Origin: Amoebidium appalachense
Lineage: Eukaryota; Protista; Ichthyosporea
DNA length: 64,000 nt
Assembly (NCBI GenBank): GCA_963693365.1
Contig: CAVNZM010000016.1
Location: 6,617,029-6,681,028, forward strand
Direction: 5' to 3'
Under the pieces are notes generated by a model. It was given only the letters and a program-made list of their open reading frames with translations, was not told the DNA's origin and searched no databases. This document shows, in pieces, positions 48,537-58,386 of the stretch; the first letter of the stretch is position 1, and each line of letters opens with the position of its first letter. The translations under genes were made by a program, and so were the position numbers.

Positions 48537-51380
48537 ATGGACCGTTCGATGGCAACAAGGATGCCTAGGCCCAGCTTCCACAGATTCGTACCCCCCTGCG
48601 CCTCCCGCAGCTGCCCAGCTGAGGCAGGGGGAGGCCACGGTCCACAGCCTTCGTTCCCGAACACAGCTGCCACGGAACCAGCTGAGTTTGGTTCTTTCCC
48701 TCGGAAGTGGTACACCGGCGAGCCCGTAGCCCCCCATGTTAGTACCCCTGGTGAGGGCGTCACGGGCGCGGCTGAGCCAGGCTTGTTTCCCCATGTGTCT
48801 AATGATTTACTTCCACTTCCCCTTTTTGTAGTCCCGCTGTTGCTTGATGGTGTTAGGTTGTCCTCTCCAAGAAGACGTGGGAGGTTCAACAAGAGATTTG
48901 CTGTGTTAAAGTTGGTTAATAGAACCTTAGCTGCAATCAACACGTTGTATAATGGGCCACCTGGCTCGGTAGAATCTCCTAGAAACGATGTTTGGCACAA
49001 CATGCACGACACCTCTTCCCAGAATCACACACACTTTTCAACATTTTCCCCTCCTACCAGCACACACTTTTTTCCCACGCCTTTTCCTAAATCCACGCAC
49101 TTTTCTCATGCACCCTCACCGGCACAGACACAATCCATTCAGCGAATTTTCGTTTTTTGCGCGGATATGCGCCGCAGGATCAGCAATGTCCCCTTAGCGG
49201 CTGTGTCTGAATCTTTCCCATATTTCAATCACTCAAAAGCCTTCACCCCCATAGTTGCTGAGCGTATTGCCCTTCCTCCTGAGGGGTTTGGGGCAACAGT
49301 TCCGCTCCTAGAGGTCCTTCCACCTGACCTCAAGGAGATGATGGAGAAGCCAAACATGTTGGTGGTGGCGTCAAATCGCACGGGTGACGCGGTCGGACAG
49401 CCGAACGGTCACGGAGTTTGCGGGCTTGGGGGCGTGTTGGCAACTGAGAGCACCACTGAGGGTGCTGAAGGAGCCCACCCTTTGCCCGGGCGTCCTGTCC
49501 ATGCATTTGCGTCGCCTGCGGAGTGGCCTATATTGGCTAAGCGTATGTATGTTTGTGGTATGGTTGCTTTTTCAGAAATTTCGGAGCCCCCAAAGATTAT
49601 CAATGGTTTATTTGCGGTGGAGAAAGATGAGAAGGAAGACCGTCTTATCATGGATGCTCGCCCCATGAATGCAGTCATGATAGACCCGCCCAATCCGAAT
49701 TTTCCCAGTCCGGCAGATTTGTGTAGTATCATTGTTCTGAAGGACGCAGCGGTGGTGGTGGCCAAGTACGATTTTTCGAATTTCTACCACCGTTTTCGGG
49801 TGCCAGACTGGCTGTCTTGGTACCAAGGGCTTCCGCTGGTTTCGCCTTCAGCAGTGGGACTGCCGGGTGTCGATAGGTTGGTGTATCCGCGGGTGTTGTC
49901 TATGCCGATGGGCTGGAAATGGGCACCGTTTGTCGCCCAACGTTCTCACCAGCACATCACGCACCCGCCTTTACGTATCGAACGATGCATCCAATCGAAT
50001 TCTTCACCGGCACATTCCATTACCGACCAATCGGATACGGCACATTTGATCTACGTGGATGATTGGGTGGGGGTTGGGTTGGAGGAATCTACTGTAAATT
50101 CCGAGATGACGGCAGCCGGGCGCGCTGGAGAGACACACGGATTCGAAATAAAACCGTCCAAAACGGTCACGGCGTCACGAGACCACCCGGAGACCGTAGC
50201 ACTCGGGTTGGCTATTGGACGGGACGGTGTTACTCGACCGGATGCGTCACGGTTGGCGCGGCTACTAGCCGACACAAAGGCGGTTCTGTTCATGCGGGAG
50301 GTGGCTCCACGGGCGTTATCTCGTTTGCTGGGGGGCTGGGCGTGGTTGTTGCTTTTGAATAGAGCTTTATTTTCTGTGTTAGAGGCGAGTTATCAGTTTG
50401 CGTTGTCAGCCGGCCAATGTCCACTAACGGCATGCCCAATCCCCTCTGCAGTCAAGGGGGAGTTGGCCCTGTTGGTGGATTTGGCACCTCTCATTGTGTG
50501 TGATTTGACGGCTGCTCCCGCCTCTCTTCTGTTGGCATCAGATGCGTCCACCAAGGGAGCAGGTGTTTCTATTGCGTCCGTTACGGCTGAGCAATCGTTG
50601 ACGGCATTAGCACAGTCGGTGTCCAGACCCGGTTATTCCTTCTTGGGGCCTGTGGACGACACCGGTGAGCTCATGATTAACGCCCTTTCGGCCGATGAAT
50701 GTAACGACAGCACGAACCACCCCACGACCGACGACTCTTTTCTGAAAGTAGTTGACGGTCTGCAGTGGCACCATCCGATATCTACTCCGTGGCGGCACGA
50801 AGATCACATCACCATCCTCGAGGGGCACACGCTGCTATTATCACTACGACGTTTCACGCGAGCACCACAAAATCACGGCACCAGAGTAGCTCATCTCATC
50901 GACAACACATCTTTATTGTTTGCGGTGGCCAAGGGTAGATCGAGTTCACGACGGCTAAATCATCTGTGCCGGCGGGTGGCAGCACTTGTGTGTGCAGCCG
51001 CACTTCGACCGGCGTGGGTGTGGGTCCCTTCTGCCCACAATCCAGCAGACATGCCGTCACGTGACGTCGTCCCCTCTGCAAAAATCACGCATATGCTCAA
51101 TCTCAATGTCACGGCTCCCACAGTGGCGAAATACGACAACGCCTTGAACAAATTCGTAGCGTGGTGTGTGGAAGATGGGGTGAGCACCTTCCAGTCGGTA
51201 GAGCAGGTGGATAACATGCTTGCGAGCTATGCAGCTGACATGTACGAAGAGTTGGGGGAGACCCGCAGCGGGCTCGCCCACTGCAAGACGGTGCTGTCAG
51301 CCATCCACCATTTCTATCCCCAGGTGCAAGGACTCCTTGGTTCTGTCGGCCAGGGTCCTAAGGGGGTGGGACCATGCTAA
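48537..51380 (+). CDS. DIRS-type RT plus RNase H running in frame into the N-terminal (core-binding) part of the tyrosine recombinase
   Basis: RLIMDARP, YDFSNFYHRF, MPMGWKWAP, YVDDW; RNase H SDAS, HITILE, IDN, KGRSSS, WVPSAHNPADMPSR; then TVAKYDNALNKFVAWC. Confidence 0.92.
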   Translation: MDRSMATRMPRPSFHRFVPPCASRSCPAEAGGGHGPQPSFPNTAATEPAEFGSFPRKWYTGEPVAPHVSTPGEGVTGAAEPGLFPHVSNDLLPLPLFVVPLLLDGVRLSSPRRRGRFNKRFAVLKLVNRTLAAINTLYNGPPGSVESPRNDVWHNMHDTSSQNHTHFSTFSPPTSTHFFPTPFPKSTHFSHAPSPAQTQSIQRIFVFCADMRRRISNVPLAAVSESFPYFNHSKAFTPIVAERIALPPEGFGATVPLLEVLPPDLKEMMEKPNMLVVASNRTGDAVGQPNGHGVCGLGGVLATESTTEGAEGAHPLPGRPVHAFASPAEWPILAKRMYVCGMVAFSEISEPPKIINGLFAVEKDEKEDRLIMDARPMNAVMIDPPNPNFPSPADLCSIIVLKDAAVVVAKYDFSNFYHRFRVPDWLSWYQGLPLVSPSAVGLPGVDRLVYPRVLSMPMGWKWAPFVAQRSHQHITHPPLRIERCIQSNSSPAHSITDQSDTAHLIYVDDWVGVGLEESTVNSEMTAAGRAGETHGFEIKPSKTVTASRDHPETVALGLAIGRDGVTRPDASRLARLLADTKAVLFMREVAPRALSRLLGGWAWLLLLNRALFSVLEASYQFALSAGQCPLTACPIPSAVKGELALLVDLAPLIVCDLTAAPASLLLASDASTKGAGVSIASVTAEQSLTALAQSVSRPGYSFLGPVDDTGELMINALSADECNDSTNHPTTDDSFLKVVDGLQWHHPISTPWRHEDHITILEGHTLLLSLRRFTRAPQNHGTRVAHLIDNTSLLFAVAKGRSSSRRLNHLCRRVAALVCAAALRPAWVWVPSAHNPADMPSRDVVPSAKITHMLNLNVTAPTVAKYDNALNKFVAWCVEDGVSTFQSVEQVDNMLASYAADMYEELGETRSGLAHCKTVLSAIHHFYPQVQGLLGSVGQGPKGVGPC

Positions 51381-52035
51381 CCCGACCAATCACCACAGAC
51401 CACTCCCCTACGACTACATGATTTTGGCAGTGTCGGCTCTGTGGGAATACAAGATGCCGCACGTAGCACTCTATCTGTGTATGTCATTCGCAACCTACAC
51501 CCGGCCGGGGGAGCTCTCGCGGCGCACGGTGGCAGACTTCATTCCTCCGAATGATCCACGGTTGATTGAAATCAATGCTCCAGCGGGCAGTGCAGTGTTG
51601 CTTCTTCCACGGTCCAAAACGGGCAATCATCAGATGGTGGTGATCCGTGATCCAGTGTGCTTGCATTTGCTGCAGAAGCTCATGGCAGTGGGTGCATTTC
51701 CCCATGGCTCCCGCCCATCCGACCCTCTGTTTCATCCTGGGTACACACCATCGCTGGTAGCAACTCGTATGCAACAGAGTCTGACGGCTGTGGGCCTGGA
51801 TAGCGACTTCTCATTGTACAGCACACGGCACTGCGGGGCAGCCTCCACAGCAGCACTCAGAGGGGAGGACTATGAGCAAATTCGTATCAATGGTCGGTGG
51901 CGTACTTTCACGACGCCTTTCAACCACTACATTGACACGAACAAGGCCATGCTCCTGGCAATTCTAATGCCCGCTCATCTGTCAGCCCAGGCAAAATCCT
52001 TGGCCCGTAGGCCACACATGATTACGCACGATTAG
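51322..52035 (+). CDS. Tyrosine recombinase catalytic domain (+1 frame relative to the RT ORF)
   Basis: LRGW...RPLP, R (TRPGEL), K (PRSKTG), YSTRH (HxxR position), GRW, catalytic Y (NHYID). Confidence 0.9.
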   Translation, partial: RCKDSLVLSARVLRGWDHANPTNHHRPLPYDYMILAVSALWEYKMPHVALYLCMSFATYTRPGELSRRTVADFIPPNDPRLIEINAPAGSAVLLLPRSKTGNHQMVVIRDPVCLHLLQKLMAVGAFPHGSRPSDPLFHPGYTPSLVATRMQQSLTAVGLDSDFSLYSTRHCGAASTAALRGEDYEQIRINGRWRTFTTPFNHYIDTNKAMLLAILMPAHLSAQAKSLARRPHMITHD

Positions 52036-53001
52036 CAGCTACAGGCTTCTACACACACACCCAACACACATTATTTAAAAGACACAATCACAAATTTTAA
52101 ATAAAAACAAGTAGGGTAGGTTTGGATAGATGAAGGGGTTCTTTCGGCCATTGTGTGCTGGAAGTGCTGTTCCTTCAATAGCCTATCATACACACACAAA
52201 CACACACACATACACACACACACACGTGTGCACACACACACGGTGTTCTGGGGTTTAGGGGGTTTATCCGGGGGTTTTGGGGGTTTTCTGATCAGATACT
52301 GATAATATTTATTAGGGCTAAAATCAATAATAAAATTCCTCACTGACTTGCATTTCTGCTTCTCTTTGTCTCGGTCACCTCGGGGAGCCACGACGGGAGT
52401 GAGGGGAAGTCTTGCCTCCGGCATTTTTATTGCGTGGACACTGCCGGAGGCCCAGCCACATTCGACGGCCTACTGCGTTTTCCAGCGCACTGCAGCCAAT
52501 CAAATGCAGCCAGTGACATATGTACATGCTAGGCAACAATGAGCGCCATCGTAGTATATGACACCCCTATTACATATTATGGGTAAGCAGAGGCTAGCAT
52601 CGGTAGCTCCGAAAGAAAGTTAAGGCACCGGATCACAATATCATACTGTGACCGTGGCGCCTATTTTTGTATCTCGACGTCACCTGAAAGCCTGAAGTTG
52701 AACATGTGCATTTCAGTGAGTCACTGACTCACAAGTGCACGCGTTTCACCTGCTCACGCATATTTTGGCGACCCCTAGATCGTCCCTCTATACCAAAACG
52801 CGAGGCTGCGTTATGTTTTCCCGAGAGAGGAGGCAGCGTGGAGTGAATCTGGAGGCAACATGAGGTCGTTTCATTCTTTCTGCATTCCAAGACGTGCATT
52901 AGATATGGTTTTGATTTGTGATTGGTTTCTTTAGGGAGCTTTATCCGTATATGGTAAGTGAGTTTTGGAGCCAACAATGACGTTGGTTGCAGACTTGCCA
53001 A

Positions 53002-53106
53002 ATTGGTAAATGTACACTCACAGGGGATTGGTTAGAAAAAATGTTAGTTGCTTTTGATTGGTTTTGGTTAGGGATTTCCGATTGGCTGGTAAGTTAGATA
53101 TATAAA
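53002..53106 (+). promoter_or_regulatory. Pol II promoter upstream of the gag-like ORF: four inverted CCAAT boxes and a TATA box
   Basis: ATTGG at 53002, 53027, 53057 and 53081 (24-30 bp spacing), then TATATAAA at 53099-53106, about 215 bp before ATG 53320. Confidence 0.65.
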
Positions 53107-53319
53107 CGGATCACACGCAGATTTTGACTCAGTTTTGTCTTTTCAAGTTAGTGTGACCGTGGTTAGTGATAGAGGAAAATTCAGCAGAGAGAGGTGAGGG
53201 TTTAGTCGTTTGGTTAAAGTGGGGTTTTGGTGGCTGTCTTGTTTAACAGCACAACCTCCTTTCGATGACTGAATAGCGTCTACTTCTTTGTGCTGGGTTT
53301 TTTTCGTTCTTTCGCTACA

Positions 53320-54609
53320 ATGGCTTCCTCTGGTGTGCTCCAGTTTCTTATTAATCAAGTCCAGTCTTCCCCTCTTGAGGTTGCAGTGAAAGTGGTGGTG
53401 ACCAATGCTATTGTCTTCTCTAACTCCCCTGTTTTGTCTAAATGGGTGGTTTTAAGACGTTTGCTGGTGTGCCTGTTTGAGCGTGTGCGCGCCCTCTCCA
53501 CTCCGCCTTCAGACACCGACTCCCCCCTCCCCACCGCCCAAGCGGTCCAAGCTCTTGCGTCTTCCCTGTTCTACATGGACTTCCCCACGGAGGGCTTCCC
53601 AGAGTTAGCCCGTGGCTCTCCTCCAGGTTTGGAGTTATTGCAGTGGCTCGTCCAAAACATCCCCTTTTCGCTGGACACCCAAATGCCCCTCGTCATATAC
53701 ACCCCCGCCGGCGCTTTCGAAACCAAAGACGACACCCCCGTTTCCGACAGCGAACAAGAAGAGGAAACTGACCCCGACCAGGTTTTTGGCGGTTTTATGA
53801 ACAAGTCCGTCCAGCCTCCTCCCCCCTCTCACGGTTCTTCCCCTCCACGTCGTCCTTCCCTCCGTTTTAAGCATTCTGGTCAACGTGTTTCCCCCGACAT
53901 CATCGATTCCCGTTTACAGTCAGTCCGTCACACACGTCTTGGTGCCCCCTCCACCTCTTCCCCCCCTTCCCAGGACTCGCCGTACTTTTCTGACCCGGCT
54001 AATTCATGGATGGTTAACGCCGGGGTGATGTTCCACGATTCCCACGTCGTTCGTATCAACAAGATCCCTGAGACTGCCGCCCGCTATGCCCGTGCGTGAG
54101 ACTGTGTATGTTCCCCCTGAGGATTTTGCTGCACCTTGCCTCGGCCGTATTCGTGAGAGTGATTCCGGACTCGGCTATGTGGGGCACAATTACGTCAACC
54201 AAACCCTCTCCTACGAAGAATATCGCAGCGGCCGTGACCTGGTCACCACCTTCAAGGAAAAACGTTTCCAGAAGGCTGCCTCCCCTGGGTCTGCAAAAGC
54301 CTTCATCTGGTATGAAGCCTACACCCTCCTCACGGTGCTGGACGTCTCCCTCAGTCAGAGTGGCCCACGTATTCTCTACCACGACGCCATCGAAGTGCTG
54401 CTTCGTCGCCTTATCGATTTGGATAACGCCCTAAACGTCCCGGGTTTCTCTCTGAGTCTCTGCCCCAACGGGGCTAGGGGGGAAAATTCGGCGGCTTCAG
54501 CCCGGGCCACATCCCAGTTGCAAAGACAGGCACAGCACGTGAAATTGGTCAACCAGATTGCCGCCGGTAAGAAGAAGGAGAAGGAGGGCAACGGAGCCCG
54601 GGGGGGCGC
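53320..54609 (+). CDS. Gag-like ORF(s) of YR retrotransposon copy 2 (53320-54099 and 54086-54609; last codons resume at 62972-62993 after the Gypsy-2 insertion)
   Basis: Position directly upstream of the second RT ORF once Gypsy-2 is removed; helical C-terminus (IEVLLRRLIDLDNAL) with a basic tail. Assignment is mainly positional. Confidence 0.6.
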
Positions 54610-55324
54610 TGACATATACTAATCCGTCTCAGCAGATTAGCCTAAGTCTACGATCGAGATCGGGGGGGGGGGGGGGGGGGGGTGGCCCGGGTCCACAGAT
54701 CATCAAGATCAAGTCCGGGGCCTCAAGATAGCTGTACAGCTGCGTGCATCTTGCCTCTGCCGGCGCAGGGCATTGGACCACGTCAGCCGGGACAGCCGTC
54801 CAATAGAATTCTAATTAGTGTGTAGGATAGATCGTAGGAGGACTTAGGAATGTGATTGTTCGGGCAGAAGCCCTTTTGTAAGTATTGGCAAGGCTAGATA
54901 GTGTATGTTGCCAAACGTATTTATATATGTAGATGTAGAGGAAAGGGGGGGAGGGAGGGGGGGGGAGGATAGTATGAAATGTAGATTTAGACTCTGCGGT
55001 GCCACTAGGGGGAGGGTGAGGGGTGAGACTTGGATAAATATATTAGTTGAGTAGATCGACTTAGCTCGTGCAGGCGCACGATAAAAGTAGATCGGAATGT
55101 TAATGGAATGTGGCATCGTAGGGGGCCAGGTGATGATGATCTTGTAGGGCACGGCCTTGATGGCCTCAGTCGTAACTTAGACTCAATCTGTACGGATCTA
55201 AGTTTGCCCGTCGGAGCCTGGTCTTAATAAACTTTACCGTTTTTCTGTACACGTTCGTTCCTTTTCGTGTGGGTACACTTAGTAGAGTGCCGCGTCTCTA
55301 GTACACATACATTAGGATACGACA
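54610..55324 (+). repeat. Gypsy-2 5' LTR
   Basis: Direct repeat of 62250-62966. Confidence 0.95.
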
Positions 55325-55413
55325 AGCTACACCTTTCTTTTAGTGCGGTTTTTCGCGCTAGGGTAACGCGGTGACAGTTCCTTCTGGGCTGTTGCTACAC
55401 CTCAAACACACAG

Positions 55414-55451
<38 letters not shown>

Positions 55452-55489
55452 ATAAACACAACCACACGAGTTAGGGCACACACCACACA

Positions 55490-56826
55490 ATGGCTAAGTT
55501 TAACGTAGACATGTTCTACGCATTGGCAGCGGAGGATAGCTCCCTGCACACACAGGTACCACAGGTTCATACACTAGACGTTAGACAGACCACAGCTTTC
55601 AGTTTTACACTCAAACACGACTCGGAAATCCCTAGGTGGCTTAGGACACTCCTAGCTAACACACCCACACTAGTGTTAGACACAAAGAAGGCCCCCACTG
55701 TGGCGGCCTCGTGCTTAATGATCAAACAGTGCATCGACCACAAAACAATGGCCGACTTATGCACCCTGATGGAGGAGCACCCGTACCGGGCCGAGCAGGC
55801 CCCCCAGGTGACGGCTCGTATATACGAGCAGCAGTACGACGAGGGGAGGGACGAGATGGTGTCCCGGACACTCGGCCAGAAACGTCTGGCCGCACGGTTC
55901 ATCCCCGACGACGAGGACGAGAACAGCACCGACGACGTGGACGGGGAGCTCGAGGCCTTCACACGGCCGGAAAACGAGCTCGAGTATACGGCCCGGCTCG
56001 TCGGCCGATACCTGACGGCCGACCGGCGCCGTACCTTCCGGGCCCAGCTCAGAGAATGGAAGTATACCTTTCCCACTTTAGATATGTCCCCCGTAGAAGC
56101 TCGTGCATTCTTTGAGAGGGAATATCGGGTCTTTGAAGACCTTTGTGAGTTAGCTGGTGACGTGAGTGATAGGGAAAAATTCGAGTTTGCTCGTAAGGCT
56201 CTCTCTGTAAACACAGACACTGCACGCATGTTTGGGGAGCATGATGATGTAGATGAGGTGGTGTTGCATGTTAAACGTCACTTGCTTGCCATGCACGAGG
56301 TGAAGTTCAATAAGAGGGATAAAAAGGAGGTGATGGAAGTAGACAAGAAAAAGAAGGAGAGTGGACAGAAGGGGGGAAAAAGAGAAAAAAGAGGGTGAAC
56401 AGCCAGATGCACTCACCATGTTGGTCAAGCAGGTTGCCGAGCTCTCCCAGGCCGTCTTCTCTGGCCGAGGGGGCTTCGGCTTCCGGGGTGGCCGTGGCGG
56501 CGACTGGGGTGGACACGGCGGTCGTGGCCGAGGGGGACGTGGAGGACAACAGCAGCAGTTCACCGAGAGGTTTGCCCCTTATCTTGCTCGTGGTGGTGGG
56601 CAGGGTAGAGGGAGGGGTGGAAATGGTGGTGAGAGAGGCCGAGGGGGGCAGGGGGGAAGGGGGGGGCCGTGGTGCACACGGTGGGCCCCCCCAGCATGAC
56701 CGGGCTCCCGGTTATGCTTTGCGCCAAGGTTTTGAAGTCCCCCCTGGCCCCTTCTTTGGTGCATGTTACTTTTGTGGCCGGCAAGGGCACTCTGCTGCAT
56801 ATTGCCGTAGTTACAAGAGCTATTGA
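55490..56826 (+). CDS. Gypsy-2 Gag (two apparent frameshifts in G-rich runs), with RGG region and CCHC knuckle
   Basis: ORF 55490-56398 passes into the frame with RGG repeats (56361-56699), then into the frame with CYFCGRQGHSAAYC ending in TGA at 56824-56826. Confidence 0.85.
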
Positions 56827-57459
56827 GTTCCGGGGGAGGGGGAAGCTGGGGTCACTGAGGGAGGGGGGGGGGACAGTATCGGTCCCCCCCAGGTTGCAGA
56901 GAACCTTCACCCTCCCCCACCCCAGGTTAAGCTTCCCTTTGCCCCCTCACCGCCCCGATACGTGTGGGAGCCGGGCATCGTCGTGGGTCCTCAAGACAGC
57001 GTCGAGGTGGTATGGCATGAATGTTTGTGGGGTGACTCTACCAAAGGTATGAATGGTGTGAATGTTTTGTGGTTGGGGGAGGTTCCCCAGCCACAAGTGG
57101 ATGGTCTCAGTGTTTCTTGTCCCAACCCGGTGTTTGTTCTAACCACACCGGAGGGGGTTTCTGTGCCATTGTTTCCGGGAGGGGGGGGGACACACACGAG
57201 TAAAGGGGGAAGGGGGGGGAAGGCACAGACACGTAGAAACACACCACCACAACAACATACGACGGTTGCAGACACACCTACACCCACACACACACCCACA
57301 CATACACCAAACACACACACACCACCCACCCACACATCACACACACACACTCCACCACCACCCACACCACATACACACCCCACCCCACCCGTGCAGGCAC
57401 CACAGGTAGGTATGTTGCACGTAGGTATCGAGGGTGTGAGTCTTCGTGGGCAGGGATAG

Positions 57460-58386
57460 GGTGTGAGTGATGATGTGTTGCTTGAATTGGAGGAGGATTT
57501 AGTTGGTTTTAGCCGGCATTATATAGACGTATGGTTAGCTGATGGTAAGTTGAAGGCTGTTGCTTTGCTCGATGGAGGGGCTCAGGTTAATTGTGTGCAT
57601 GCTTCGTTTATTCGTCGTTTTAATCAGGCCGGGGGGGAAATTCCTATTTTAGATGCTTCTAGCACAGCCTTAGGTAGTGCTAATAATAGTAGTATGTCTG
57701 TGGAAGGTGTTTGTGTGTTGCCGTGTGAGATAGGTGGCCAGGCTATGCATGTTGCTTGTTATGTGGTTAAGGATTTAGCTCAAAGTGTTTTGTTGGGAGC
57801 CCCATTTTTCCGAAGACATGTGAATGCTTTGTTTGAACGTACGAATGTTTTAGAATTGCAGTCCGGCGTTAAAATTAAAACCCATGATGGGCTCGACGGT
57901 TATCAGTCTGGTGCTAGAACGGTAGCTGAAGTAGTAATCGAGCCTTATCAGTGCCAAACGGTACGTGTCCGGGCCGGCAATCATGTTAGGATAGGGGATT
58001 TAGGGGTTTTTACTCCGAAAACCCCATTTCAGGAGGTGGCCCAATGGACCCTTAGTAGGGTATGGCCGGATAAGACAATAGAAATAGAATTAGTGAATCC
58101 GGGCATCGAGCCTATAGTGATTAGGTCAGGTGTTTCCGTCGGTAGTTTCACTAATGAGATTGGTAGTATAGAGGTCTCTCTTATTACCCAAAAGGAGGAT
58201 GCCGGCTCGAAGGGTGACTCAGGAGGAGGGGGAACAACTTTATTTAACGTTAGCCACCAAAATGTCACCCGACACGATGGGGGGGGGGACCGGGACAGCA
58301 CCGGTCCCACTCCCCCGACCCCCAAGAGGAAGGAGGGTCACCCCGGGTGTGAGAATGTGCAGGCAGGGGGGAGGGTGTTGGTCTAA
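57460..58386 (+). CDS. Gypsy-2 aspartic protease region
   Basis: ALLDGGAQVN active site and VLLGAPF; in frame after TAG 57457-57459. Confidence 0.88.
   Translation, partial: GVSDDVLLELEEDLVGFSRHYIDVWLADGKLKAVALLDGGAQVNCVHASFIRRFNQAGGEIPILDASSTALGSANNSSMSVEGVCVLPCEIGGQAMHVACYVVKDLAQSVLLGAPFFRRHVNALFERTNVLELQSGVKIKTHDGLDGYQSGARTVAEVVIEPYQCQTVRVRAGNHVRIGDLGVFTPKTPFQEVAQWTLSRVWPDKTIEIELVNPGIEPIVIRSGVSVGSFTNEIGSIEVSLITQKEDAGSKGDSGGGGTTLFNVSHQNVTRHDGGGDRDSTGPTPPTPKRKEGHPGCENVQAGGRVLV

Larger units (their letters stand above)
47735..52340 (+). mobile_element. Tyrosine-recombinase (DIRS/Ngaro-like) retrotransposon, copy 1 (no gag seen); boundaries approximate
   Basis: Encodes RT-RNase H and a tyrosine recombinase; no integrase or protease. 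Confidence 0.8.

Noticed and set aside
52250-52288. Telomere-like GGGGTTT repeats
   Set aside because: Only about four irregular units inside a retroelement 3' region; insufficient for a telomere call.
56361-56699. Two +1 frame changes inside Gypsy-2 gag as programmed frameshifts
   Set aside because: Both fall in G homopolymer runs and homopolymer length noise is evident elsewhere, so assembly error is more likely.
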